In this document: piece after piece, positions 25,417 to 38,232 of the stretch | How the letters are laid out: every line of letters starts with the position of its first letter | Numbering within the stretch: position 1 is the first letter of the stretch | From: Podarcis tiliguerta | Lineage: Eukaryota | DNA: 64,000 nt | NCBI GenBank assembly: GCA_965153285.1 | Contig: OZ229120.1 | Strand: one strand, 5' to 3' | The notes under the pieces: generated by a model | Told to the model about the DNA's origin: nothing | The model's input: the letters and a program-made list of their open reading frames with translations, nothing else | The model's database searches: none | Program-made: the position numbers and the translations under genes

Positions 25417-26397
25417 AGCCGCTGGGAGAGATCATCAGGGGGTTTGGGCTGGGTGTTCATCAGTATGCGAATGATACCCAGCTCTACCTCTCTTTCAAAT
25501 CAGAACCAGTGAAGGCGGGGACGGTCCTGTGTGAGTGTCTGGAGGCGGTTGGAGGATGAATGGCGGCAAACAGATTGAGATTGAATCCTGACAAGACAGA
25601 AGTACTGTTTCTGGGGGACAGGAGGCGGGCAGGTGTGGAGGATTCCCTGGTCCTGAATGGGGTAACTGTGCCCCTGAAGGACCAGGTGCGCAGCCTGGGA
25701 GTCATTTTGGACTCACAGCTGTCCATGGAGGCACAGGTTAAATCTGTGTCCAGGGCAGCTGTGTATCAGCTCCATCTGGTACGTAGGCTGAGACCCTATC
25801 TGCCCGCGGACTGCCTCGCCAGAGTGGTGCATGCTCTGGTTATCTCCCGCTTGGACTACTGCAATGCGCTCTACGTGGGACTACCTTTGAAGGTGACCTG
25901 GAAACTACAACTAATCCAGAATGCAGCAGCCAGACTGGTGACTGGGAGCGGCCGCCGAGACCATATAACACCGGTCTTGAAAGACCTACATTGGCTCCCA
26001 GTACGTTTCCGAGCACAATTCAAAGTGTTGGTGCTGACCTTTAAAGCCCTAAACGGCCTCGGTCCAGTATACCTGAAGGAGCGTCTCCACCCCCATCGTT
26101 CTACCCGGACACTGAGGTCCAGCACCGAGGGCCTTCTGGTGGTTCCCTCACTGCGAGAAGCCAAGTTACAGGGAACCAGGCAGAGGGCCTTCTCGGTAGT
26201 GGCGCCCTCCCTGTGGAACGCCCTCCCACCAGATGTCAGAGAGAACAACAACTACCAAACTTTTAGAAGACATCTGAAGGCAGCCCTGTTTAGGGAAGCT
26301 TTTAATGTTTGATGTATCACAGTATTTTAATATTCTTTTGGAAGCCGCCCAGAGTGGCTGGGAAAACCCAGCCAGATGGGCAGGGTATAAATAATAA

Positions 26398-26430
<33 letters not shown>
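25417..26430 (+). mobile_element. Young 5'-truncated L2 LINE
   Basis: HQYANDTQLY (mutated YADD); W-to-stop at 25557; 250-aa C-terminal ORF; 3' UTR and (TTA)n tail ending about 70 nt from the 103-bp exon donor. Confidence 0.93.
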
Positions 26431-26434
<4 letters not shown>

Positions 26435-26500
26435 CAACACAGTTGCAGGCATTAACTTCAAAGACATGATAACCACATTGTTCAATGCCTCATCACTCAC

Positions 26501-26603
26501 AGGAAAAGGTTTTCCATGACATAGTTGTAATCAGTTCGACTGCTGTCTGGCAGAAAACATGCAGCAAACACAATGATGGCATTTAGACCATCCCCATAGT
26601 ATC
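26501..26603 (-). CDS. PRUNE2: PRUNE2 103-bp BCH exon
   Basis: [34 protein letters not shown]; cag| acceptor and |GTGAGT donor. Not in the ORF track. Confidence 0.97.
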
Positions 26604-28329
26604 CTGTGGAAGAAACAAAAATGTGTTTGTTTCCCATAAAGTATGCTTAACTGCACAATCTCGAGAAAGCAACCTGGCCGGCCTCACAGCTGCTGAGTAT
26701 CTACGTACATGCATACACTCTGTATTTTCTGGGAGCAGAAAGTGCAAGAGAGCAGGTCTTATGTACCCGAAAGGTCACAGCTCTATTCTTTGCATAGGGC
26801 AAGAAAAGTCACAAAGGATTCTTCCAGACCTCTTCTTCATTCCTGATTTGTTTGAAGGGAAATTAAACAACATAGGTTATTTAATGAACTTTCATTCTGA
26901 TTTGCTAATGGGAAGGTTAGATGGCATTGTGTCAAAGCAAGTGTTGTTCCACAATGCATCCCTTTCCTTATTGCAAAAAGTCTGATCTTTCTGGGTAAGC
27001 AGATTTGTTATGCAAAATCTCCCAATCAACTGTAATTGTACAACACAAATTTGCTGGTATGTGATTGAATCCCATCTGAAAAGAATGACAGCCTGAAAAC
27101 ATCCAAAATACGTTTAAGGAATACAATTCTAGAGAGTTGCAAATGAACTTTTGTCTTAGATGTTCCTAAAGTTATAAAATGTTTTAAATGTTTTCTCTAA
27201 TTTATTTTTAATTGGATTTTCTTGCTGCTTTATTGTTGCTGCCACCCTGGGCACCACTGGGAGGAAGGTTTGTACAGAAATTTAATAAAAGAATAAAATA
27301 AAAATAAATCCTAGCTCCAAGCTCCATCTTCTTCAAAAGTGTCTGCAGAATAAGGGCCATAATCAGCCTGTTCTGGGATTGAACCCAGCTTTTCCCCCAT
27401 CAGGGCTTATCTAGTGTCCATATTGAACAGTTGTGAGCAGCCAGCCTTGAAAATTTCCACACTGACCAATTCTGGGAGATTAGTGTAGGAGTGCTATGGA
27501 TATTTCAAATGGCAGACAGATCACAGGCATCTGCAACAAATTACAGTGGTGCTGAGGAATGTCTTTGCATTCCACTACCTCCCCACTCCAGAACAAAACA
27601 AAAACAACCCCAGATTGGGCAGTGCTTTTTTTTCTGGGGGTACTAAAGGGTATGGAATACCTTTTTTTTTTTTTTAAGCACTGCAAAGCGGGGGACTCGG
27701 CCACACTGCTACCACCAATTAAAAAAACCTCTCCTCTTACCACAAGTCGGTAATTCTTTTATAGCAGAAGCTTTCCAGCTTTGCCCCAATAAGCCTTCTC
27801 AGAAGGGGATGGAATAATGCAACCTTTCTACAACTTTATAAAACTCACCAGTCCAGAAAAGAGTATTAAGGAGCAAATAGTCTAAATTCATTATCCATTG
27901 AGGCATAAAGAATTTCATAAAAAGAAAGTACAAATAAGTATCATATTAAATAGACAATAATGTGAATGAACGGATTATACTAAAAAATAATATCGATTTT
28001 ATTTTTTTAAAAACCAACAACTTCTGGTTCTTGTAAAGTATAAGAGGTTTCCTGCTAATAGAAATGAGAAATTCTTCATGGTCTCACAAAGCAACTGCTG
28101 TCATATGGTGCTGGCATGGGTCCTTACTTCTAATTGGCTCTGAGGCTGCCATACTTTGGCAGATGTGCCACTACAATTACACAAGCCCACTTTTAAAAGT
28201 TCTACTTTGTAATCCCATGCAAAGCCAAAAGTTTATGTTCAGCATTACATTTTTAGTCATACAGAACAGGAAGCAATTCAAAATCTCTAATGGAATTTTT
28301 TTTTATTTCATGCAGTCTGTTATGGTCAT

Positions 28330-28671
28330 TAAAGGTAAAGGGACCCCTGACCGTTAGGTCCAGTCGTGGACGACTCTGGGGTTGTGGCGCTCATCTCGCT
28401 TTACTGGCTGAGGGAGCCGGCATACAGCTTCTGGGTCATGGGGCCAGCATGACTAAGCCGCTTCTGGCGAACCACAGCAGTGCACGGAAACGCCATTTAC
28501 CTTCCCGTCGGAGCGGTACCTATTTATCTACTTGCACTTTGACATGCTTTCGAACTGCTAGGTTGGCAGGAGCAGGGACCGAGCAACGGGAGCTCACCCC
28601 ATTGTGGGAATTCGAACTGCTGATCAGTAAGCCCTAGGCTCTGTAGTTTAGACCACAGCGCCACCTGCGTC
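28330..28671 (-). mobile_element. Full-length Sauria SINE
   Basis: tRNA-like head with A/B boxes (GGTGGCGCTGTGG, GTTCGAAT), BovB-like 3' end and ACCTTT tail; GTCATTA at both junctions. Confidence 0.92.
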
Positions 28672-29576
28672 ATTAGTTGGGTGCTAAAATCAGAGTTGTC
28701 GGGTTCTCAGGCTTGCCTTGAAGACCTTCCCAATAATAAACAGGCATGTGGAACTGGTTATGGCTACTCAGTCATGCTCTGCACATGGCCGATAATATAC
28801 TGTTATTAGCTCAACTTGTTCCAGGACTGAAGTCTAGCTAAGACTGGAAAGTGTCTCCAGGGCTGAGGCTTGATGAACACTGACTCTCCTGCCTTAGTCC
28901 TTCTGTCTGTTCTCCTCACTGTCTCCTGTAAAGCATAACAGATTCATGCTTGGAAGAGGAGGGGGGTCACAGGAGCCAATTCCATTCTACTTCCTTCGCT
29001 CTTTGAAAAGCGTACATCAGTCTCCCCATGTTGTGACCTAGTGAGGACAGGAGGACTGTCATCCTCAATCCACTTACAACATGAAGTTGGAGAAACTGCT
29101 CTGGAATGAGTTGATTCACTTAGGACACAAGGCAATACAACTAAAAATCTAAAAGGCAGCCATGTTCTTTGAGTAAAGGTCACAACTTTCACTGGCAGGC
29201 AGAAATAACTTGAACACCAACACAAGTGAGTCAATTCTTCCTGCAATATTTAAGCCTATAAATGAACTATGAACTAGTTTTTTCCTTCCTTAAACCTTTC
29301 CTGTGTAACTATGTAAGCTAGTCCTGGAAAATGAAGTGTTTTAAACATAGAATAAAAGAAATTAATGGTAAACAGATTGCTGCTACAGTTTCAGAATAGA
29401 TCTTTCAATTGACAAGGATTTTGCTGGGCATGTAGAACCAGGCCTGTTTCTTTCCTTAATGAAAACTTAATCTAAATTTGGATATTATGAGATAAGAATA
29501 CTAATAAAAGGAGTATTGTTTTCTATTTGGGGTGGGTGAATGGCTTTTTTGTTCCATGCTACTAGAACAATCCTAC

Positions 29577-29753
29577 CTCCATGAGAAATGACCCTTTTAT
29601 AAGGCTCAATGGCTTTCATATCGATCCTCTGCTCCTGTTCTCCAATGACAACTGTTCTCCATAACCGGTTGTCTTCTCGCTCTTCCTCAGCAGTATATTC
29701 TGCAATTGCTTCAGATTCCTCTTGGGAAGCTTCCTTAATGGCCGGCTGCTCTT
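29577..29753 (-). CDS. PRUNE2: PRUNE2 177-bp exon, start of BCH domain
   Basis: [41 protein letters not shown]; long pyrimidine tract with CAG/AAG tandem acceptor; GAG|GTAGGA donor. Confidence 0.96.
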
Positions 29754-32700
29754 CTGAGGAGTGCAGAGGCAGGTGAAAGAGAGAATAAAGTGGCAGGTTA
29801 TTACTGACATCTGGAGAAACATCATCAAATATGTTTTCACTTATGAGACCATGGCCTCCTGCCATGAACTTAATTACACTATTCTCAACTCTTTAACAAA
29901 AAAATTAAGATCAAAATGGCCTTGTAATCTTAAAAGACTAATGATCAAACCTAAACTCCTGTTTTAGTATGACTTAATACAGGGGCGATGGGTTTAGCTT
30001 GCAAATGAGTTTGAACCATACAGACACTGATGTTTCTGAATATCCAAGAAGAAACATCAGCTGCACTGAAAATGCCTGTGTTATGTTGGACTGTATAAGA
30101 CTGTTTATTACACAATATTACAATGTCTGGAGGTAAATTTGAGGTTGTCAACTTCCTACTTGTGTGCTCCTTTATACAGATGGCGTTTCAGAAAATAGAA
30201 TGGCCTCCTTCTGGACCAGTTGTTTTAGATTGACTTTTGTTCCTTCCCTTCCTGTTATTACCTTGCTTATAAAAACAACATGGAACTGTTCCTTGCACAA
30301 TTACTGAGAAAACTAATCCCAGATGAGAGAGCCAAATACATAATGTTTATCTATGGTTTGGATTAGCGGTGCATTACTGCATGAAATAACTAAGTTGGAC
30401 ATCAATTATTTTGAGCCTAAAATAAAGTGTTTGGATCGTGGTTGTGTATGCCATATGTTAGTAGATCCAACCTTTGACAGTAGCCGCTGGCTCTTTCACT
30501 TGTATGAGGGGGGGACATATGGCACATTACAGTGCTATCCTTATTCAGCCTGGACATCTGGCTATCTGGTTGTACTTACTGGGCTGTTCCCAGAAAATGA
30601 GCCACAAAATAGATGAGGTTGGGCCTACATATGGTAGAGGCTGCAGTTGAAGAGCATTCAAAATTCATGGAGTGTTCCCAATATACAGTTCAGGGAATAG
30701 CCAATGTTTATAGCAGTCTTTAGCTTCTAAATATTCAATCCTAAATTCAACTCAAACTACACATTGCAGCTAAATCATGTAGTGCAGCTCTTGCTGGATG
30801 ATAGCACTCATGTTGCAGGTGGAGGTGTATGCTGAAAAACAGGTAAGAATGAGACTCACAAATAATGCATTACTCAAGAACACAGTTTTTATGAGGATTC
30901 AAACACAGCATCCCTGCAGCTGCATTGTAAAGTGATACTGTTCAGTGAGATCTGTATCACATGATTGTGCTGCACATGCAAATTGGCTTAAGTAGAATTT
31001 TTATTACCTCACACACAGGTACCATCAAAGGGTTGTATCACCTTTGCTAGTGTAGAGTGGAACTACATGTTATGCCACCAAAGGCTGGCCAACATCTCCT
31101 CTGCAAAGTTGGGTGAGGCTGCTTGTATAAGGGCAGTCAAACAGAATTTCAGCAACTACAGATTTTCAGCCCACCTATGTGTCATACGTTGAATCTGGCA
31201 AATTTGTTTTTCCTACCCAACAATTAAAAGTAGAGATGCTTTATCTTCCTGTACCCAAATATTCATTCTGTATGAGATGCCTTCGTTCCAAGCCTAAAGA
31301 CTAGTTCCTGAGGCACAGCCAGCCATACAGTAGCAAATGAAGGGCCTCCCAGCTTGACCTTCACTGCTGGGTAATTCCAGAGTTGCCACCTTCTGACCCA
31401 GAGATGAGAATCTATCAGTTTTAGAACTATCCCTAGGAAGTACAGTGGACCTGAGCAAGCAGTAGACAGCAACATCAAGCTGCTGCCTCCGAGTGGCAGC
31501 CAAGGGAATGTGCACCAACTGGAGGCTGCTGTTGCGTTTGATAGTTGAGAAGGCAGGCTGCAAACTAAGCAGAATAGATGCCGCTAAGACACTGTTGTCA
31601 GGCACACACCAATGACATCATGACTGCATCTTCCTTCCTATTTGCCTCAGCAACTGCTCAGTGCATCCTCTTCCAGCTGTGCTTCAACTCATTCTGTGCC
31701 TTCCTATACACAGAGCACAGATAGTTCCATATAAGTAGTTCTTTTTAAAATGGGCCTGGACAAGGGCTGGAAGGTGACAACATTTGCTTAAAGATGCTGA
31801 TTAAGTATGTGTGGGTAAGGGAGAATGACAATGGGCGGTATTTTTAGCTCTGCTGTCCCACTAAACTTGCTTCTAAAAAGCACATAAGCATTAGTGACAT
31901 AAGCTTCCTTTAAATATAAGTCTAACATAGGCATTTGTCCCTTTTAAGGCTACCTTAGAAATAGAGTCAGTCTAATCAAAATGCATTGGGAACCTTTTCA
32001 GTCAGCATTTTTGCAGTAAATAGACAAACTAATTAAAAATCTGGACTGCTTTGCATCAAATTTTTCTCCCAGCTGCTTTTTCACACACCTGGCTTGTGGG
32101 CCTCTCTGAGGCATCTGTTTGCTCTCTGTCAATAGGCAGGATGATGCGATTGGTGGACCTTTGGCCTGACTCAGCAGGGACATTCAATATTCTTATTAAC
32201 TAGGCCCAGTAATTCTTCCATCCACATAGTTAGTGAGTTAGGTTGTGTCTTCAGAATCATTTTAAGAGGGAGGTTTCTTATCTGCTCTTATATTTCCTAG
32301 GCAAAGAACAGCCGCCTCAGGCAGCAGATTCCAGGTGCCATGAAAGTGGAGCAAACTGTTATTTATTTACTATTACCGCATTTTTACTGCCAGAGAAGGG
32401 GAGACGCGCTTGTGAGATCTTCTGGCTCAGGTTCCGAAATAGTAACCTGCTTTGGATACCATGCCACACATCCTGGCTTCACAGTTCAGCTTCTCCTTGC
32501 ATTGCATTCATTCTTTCTGAACAGCTTTGTAATATTTCTGTTTCAAAATAGGAGCACTTTGTAGTCCAAAAATGTTATCTGATATCTCATCCCGAATAGC
32601 TTTTTAAACTCTAGGAAGCAAAAAACCATTTTGTTTGCTAGCTACATCAAATCCAACTGTCTGTATTATAGGCAGGTAAGAGATGGTGAACAATTTACTG

Positions 32701-34319
32701 CACTGATAAATCTGCCAGACTACATTGTACCCATCTGGAGAAATACCGAAGACACAAAATGTGGGCTGCAATCCAATAAAACACTTAGCTGATGCTTGGC
32801 TTCAAACATTTAAGCCCTGACTGTTTGCAGGAATAATGTAAATTGAGGGAGAGCCTAATTGCTAGAAGTGGGGGTGGGGATGAAGAGCTGGATATTAGCA
32901 ATGGCACAGAGAATGAGATAAAATCACTCCTTTGTCTCTACCTGGATTCCTATGGCACAGCAGACAAAAGCAGAGTAAAATCAACCTCTGAGGAGACCTA
33001 TTGGTATTGTACCATAAACACAACTTTTGTATCTGGCTTATGTCAATATTCTTGGGTTGAATCCAAAGTTAGCCATACTCAGAGTAGACCCAATGGATAG
33101 GATGCAACTAAGTTGTTGCATGCACTGAACAAGGTCTGCTCAGGCAATGGGACTGTCCCTGCCTCTCCTGCCTCCTTGCACCCCCTAAGTCTGCTCTGGA
33201 GGGGTGGGGGAACCCCGGAACAGGTTTGGGGTGGGGGTGAGGGGAAGGGAGAAATCCCACTGTGCAAGCAGACCTAGTTTCATGCACACATACTCCACTT
33301 AGCGGTATGTTGAATTCCACCCTTAGAAAGCAAAAGATATGAGTAACTTGGATCTATTAATTTTAATGGGTTTACTCTGAATAGAATTTAGTCAGCTATG
33401 GCCCCATTATTGTTACTGAAGTTAAGGGTGGTCATGTGAATCTTTGTCTGGTTCAGTATGTGGAGCAGTTCAGTGCATCACAGATACCAGCTGCAAGACC
33501 ACTTGCTTGCATGGTTTCCATGTTAGATCCTTGCAGTAATGGGATGCATTGATGTGTTAAAAAAAATGGAATGCCTTCAATATTGGTCTCTACAAACAAG
33601 GTGAAAACTACAAAGTGAGAAGCATTTTGTGCCCAAACCTCTGCTCGCAATGCAAAGCTCATAAACAGCCTATGTGCAGAAAAGTGGGATTCCACAAGAA
33701 TGAGAAATGATGGAAAACCATGCGTGCCACCTTGAGCAACTTGGAGAAACAGGTGGGATATAAATGTGATTTAAAAAAATCAGTAAGAACTGGTAGTTTC
33801 ATTTAGCTGCAGTGGGCATCAAGGAAGAAGCAGAGCATAGTTTGATGGGAGCTAATGACTGGTGCCTTTCCTGGTGAAAGTCTGCCCTGAGTTTCTCCAG
33901 TGACAAATCGCTGAGTCTATTAACTATAAGTTGCTTAAACCACTTGATCTGTGAAAATGCCTTTGAGTCGTATAAACACCATTGTTCTCAGTACTGATAT
34001 GCAATTAGCTGATAGCTGCAGAAAAGATGAAACATTTGTGCTGTTCCAAGAAATTACTGCAAAACTTCAAACAGTTAATGCTTAAAGCTGATTTTGACAA
34101 ATCATAGTAACTAGCACTGCAGACAGTAAAGCAATCTTAGTCCATTGAATTGTTTCAGACATTTAATCCCTGGCTGGGGAATCTGTACCCGCCCCTCCCC
34201 CAGGTGTTGATAGCTTACAATACCCATCAACCATGGCCATTAGCTGAGGTTGAGGAGAGTTGGAGTCCAACGACATCTGGAAGGCCTCAGGTTTGCTGCT
34301 GCTGATTTAACCAATTAAC

Positions 34320-34405
34320 AGTGCAATCCTATACATGTCTACTCAGAAGTAAAGTCCAGTTTTCATTGAGGCTTACTCCCATTTAAATGTGTGTAGGACA
34401 ACAGA
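34320..34405. repeat. Abundant short palindromic repeat (gcaatccta...gtaagtcccattga...ataggattgc family)
   Basis: More than 10 diverged copies, e.g. about 2973-3062, 4430-4485, 9235-9320, 19140-19215, 38595-38680, 40543-40740 and 41020-41095. Confidence 0.6.
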
Positions 34406-34898
34406 CTACATTTGCTCACGAGTAAAAACAATATATCAAAAGCAAATAAATCTTATTTTCTTTATGGCATGTGTGCTATAACTAGATCATCTTAGAAGAT
34501 ACATTTCTTTCTATGTGATAAGCTAGGAGTGCCCCTTCTGAAGATAGTAGTTGCCGCCTGCCATTTTTAAAGTGCTAAAATTAAAAGAATATTTTTAGCT
34601 AAGATGTCTGCTGCCCACTTAACTGGAGGCTCATTTTTAGTCTTTCAAAAATCAATTAATGTAATTGAATGACTGATGGAACGCTGCAATCTTAATATCT
34701 GACTTGAAATCATTACTATAGTGAAAGCAGTGCATTCTGCTACAGCTTTATACATGATACTCAGAATCTGTCTTCGTTTCTGAACACACAGCTGAGTTGA
34801 CAGCTGAAGCCCTAGAGTGAGAATCACTTTCCCACTGCTAAGCCTTCCTAAAAATAATATAGAAAATGCACATTTCATCACTTTGCATGCTACTTTAC

Positions 34899-35120
34899 CT
34901 TCCCAGTTTAATTCATTTCCATGCCCAGCATATTCAAAAGAATCTGCTTCATCTGGTGTGTCCAGGTCATCTACATTGATGTCAATTTCATCTGGAGTGT
35001 CTAGGTTATCATCAGAAAGGACAGATCCTTCACTTTGGTCCAAAGAGAGATTGATATTCGGAGCTGTGAGTTTTATCCTTCTGGGGTTGGAACCATTGAT
35101 ATCTAGAGAATTGGGAGGTT
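34899..35120 (-). CDS. PRUNE2: PRUNE2 222-bp exon, BNIP2-family N-terminal acidic region
   Basis: [74 protein letters not shown]; cag| acceptor; first GT donor after the motif is GAAG|GTAAAG. Confidence 0.92.
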
Positions 35121-35897
35121 CTGAATAAGTGTGAAGATAAAATAATCTCTGTTTTAGATAAAAACTATTATGTTGAATAACATTTAAATAATTCTGCCTC
35201 AGCCAACCATATGGAACTATAATATTTCCATCAAAATTTTGAAAAAAATATTACCATATAATAAAAATGTACCTAAAGAAATTACATTCACACATCCAAG
35301 GATTTAAATTTATATCAAAGGACGAAAGAGGGGGGGAATAGAGGAGATGGTATTACAGCAAAGACATTGTATTGTGATTAGCATAGATAAATAGCTAGAT
35401 GGGCCTTTCAGGACTGATTTAGTACAACTCTGTCATTTTCTGGAGCCCTGCAAGTCTTATCTGGAATCCTGGGCTACTGCTGTCTAGACCTACCCTACAC
35501 ATCTGTGCTGTATGGAGTAAATGGGTTGAGGAATGGGCCCTAGTATGTCAAAGTCTTCTTTCCTAACCACCACATTTTAGGCAGCAATTTGAACTGCATT
35601 GTTTTGACTGCTATATGTTAATCTGGAGGGCAACTGTAAACTGTAGACAAATTTAGCAAGAAAGTGCAGGGTAGCTAATTATCACATGAGCTCATGCCTG
35701 ATGACAGGAGAGTGTGCTGCAAATTATAATCTTTTGTCAAGAGAACCATTGAATTAGCTAAATAAAGCAAAGCTAACACATTTTTCTTCTAACACAGGAA
35801 TGATTTCGTGGCAGCACAGAAACATGCTTCTCACTGAATTAACAAAATGCTTAGGAAAAGGAGGAGGATCAAAAATATAATTAAAAGGTTGTCTTAC

Positions 35898-35977
35898 CAG
35901 GTCTCATCTCTGTAGCACTGGAGTCTAGCATAGTCTCATTAGAAGGGATATCCATTCCAACATCCTCCGATATCAAT
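35898..35977 (-). CDS. PRUNE2: PRUNE2 80-bp exon (LISEDVGMDIP...EMRP)
   Basis: ttcag| acceptor and G|GTAAGA donor. Translation SEDVGMDIP...MRP is typical of PRUNE2. Internal ATG at 35955 in GGAATGG context. Confidence 0.95.
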
Positions 35978-37034
35978 CTGAAGCACACACAGAAAAATAA
36001 ACAAGCAAATACCTTACGGTTTTGTGTTAGAGCCATCATAGTGCACTAGGTGAAGATCTACCTATTCTGCTTTCATTGGCCAAAACAGAAAAATGTTAGG
36101 GATATGCAGCTTTCACTGAGTTTTAATGTGTGTTAGAGAATTAACGCTATGGGGGGTATTTATTTATTTATGATTAAATGTATTTCCCACCCTTTCTCCC
36201 AAAGGAGTACAGAGAAGCAGACACACCAGTGATTAAAAATACAATTACAAATAAAATAAGAACATATTTCAAACATTTAAAAATGATTAAAACAATTTAA
36301 AACAACCAAACCTGTTAAAACATTTAAAAACAATTAAGCGTGTCAAACAATCACATACTCTCAGGGCTAATAATTTCAAGGCTGCAAATAACCGTATCTT
36401 TGAGCCATCAAATGCCTGGGTAAACTGGATTGTTTTAAAATTCGTCCTAAAGTTAATAAGAATGATCAAGTTTGGAGTTTCAATGAGAATTCTGCTGCCT
36501 CTCAGAATTAACATTTCAGTGTGAAAACTGGTTTGTCTCAAATGGGTCCTTTCATGATTCTTCAGAGAATGAGAAAACAAAGAATCCTGTCCTGAAGTGC
36601 AGAATGTATACTTCACTTTGTGTGGCTGTGCAAGAAAGCAAGTGGGAATCCCAGACTCCTGGCCACAGAGGAGAGAAAGAAGACTTCTCTTCCCTTCACC
36701 CCAGCTCTTTCTTTCTCAACTAGGTAACGCATGGCTTGAAGAAAAGAGGATATCTATTTCATCCTCAGGTGTGCTAGTAATAAGGAAACCACTGACAAAC
36801 CATACCAATAAAGATGATATCTGGATAATTATGCACTAATAATAGCAAAATGAAAATAAATAATGGTGTGATCATTATTGTGTTTTGACTGCATGACAGG
36901 ATATAAATAAGGGAATTAAGTATGCACTTTTTGGAAAGACATAGTCAAAAGTCCCATTTCCCATCCAGCTTACGGTTTGGAAACATAAACATTGCTCTTA
37001 AAACAAAACACGAGATGAACAATTTGATATTTCC

Positions 37035-38232
37035 CAAATGCCCTGGTTAACACAACACCAACTACATGCCCTCTTAAACAACCCAACAGTAAAATCAGCA
37101 GCAACTAGGCCCCTGACAACCTTCGAAAACCTCCTCCTGACAACAAAGGGAAACGGTAAAGGGACGGTATCTGCAATATACAAAATACTACTCCAAAATC
37201 CCGCAAATCCCCTAGATGCAATCAAAAAACAATGGGAGAATGACATAGGCTATGAGATTAACCCCACTCAATGGACCAGAATGTGGTCTAAACCCCCCTT
37301 TAAATCCATATCAACGAAAAGAAAAGAACTCACACTGAAACTCCCCTACAGGTGGTACCTAACACCAAGGAAACTAGCGCTAATACACCCAGGAACCTCA
37401 CCAAAATGCTGGAGAGGGTGCACCTCCACAGGCACATACCTCCACATGTGGTGGGAGTGTCCCAAAATCCAACTATTCTGGACAACAGCCATACAAGAAA
37501 TATGTAAAATAACTAAGCAAGTAATAGACATCACCCCAGAATTGGCCCTACTAAACATCTTCCAAGACAACAATGCCCATTTACACCACAAAGAGCTCAT
37601 AACCCACCTACTCTCAGCAGCCAGAAGCACCATAGCCAGACACTGGGGAGACCTGTCAGGAGTAAGTATGGACCAATGGTACCAAATAGTATGGGAAACA
37701 GCCCTACTAGAAAAATTAACTAATAAACTGAAACTGACACGGGGACAAACAGAAGAAGACGCCTTCACCCCGGTATGGCTCCCCTTTATCACATACACAG
37801 CCCAACAGGACAACGACAATAATCCACCAACAGCATACAAATCAATATGGCTAACCTGATCCAAAACACCCACCCACCTCACTCACACACAAAAACAAAG
37901 ATCACCACAGCCAATCACAAGCAAACAAACACACCCTAGGCCAACCCCAACCTCTCTCACCACCAAAGGAACACAAGTGAACAACACAAACAACGCTGAC
38001 CCCAAACTCTACATACATTAAACATAATAGAAACACCACCACCCGACCCCACCCCCTTCCATCTTCCCTCTCTCCACCCCCCCCTTTCTTTTTCTTCTCC
38101 CCCTAATGCCTCAACAAACGAAATGGATTTGTAAAAATGTTACACGGGGGGGGGGGACAAAACAACGAGACATTACACTTACTTCTGTAAAACAAGAAAA
38201 TCCTTAATAAAAAAAGGGGGGAAGAAAAAAAA
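37035..38232 (+). mobile_element. 5'-truncated L1-clade LINE
   Basis: 273-aa ORF with the L1 ORF2 cysteine-rich motif CWRGC-x-HMWWEC; 3' UTR, AATAAA and A-rich tail; perfect 17-bp TSD AACAATTTGATATTTCC (37018-37034, 38233-38249). Confidence 0.92.
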
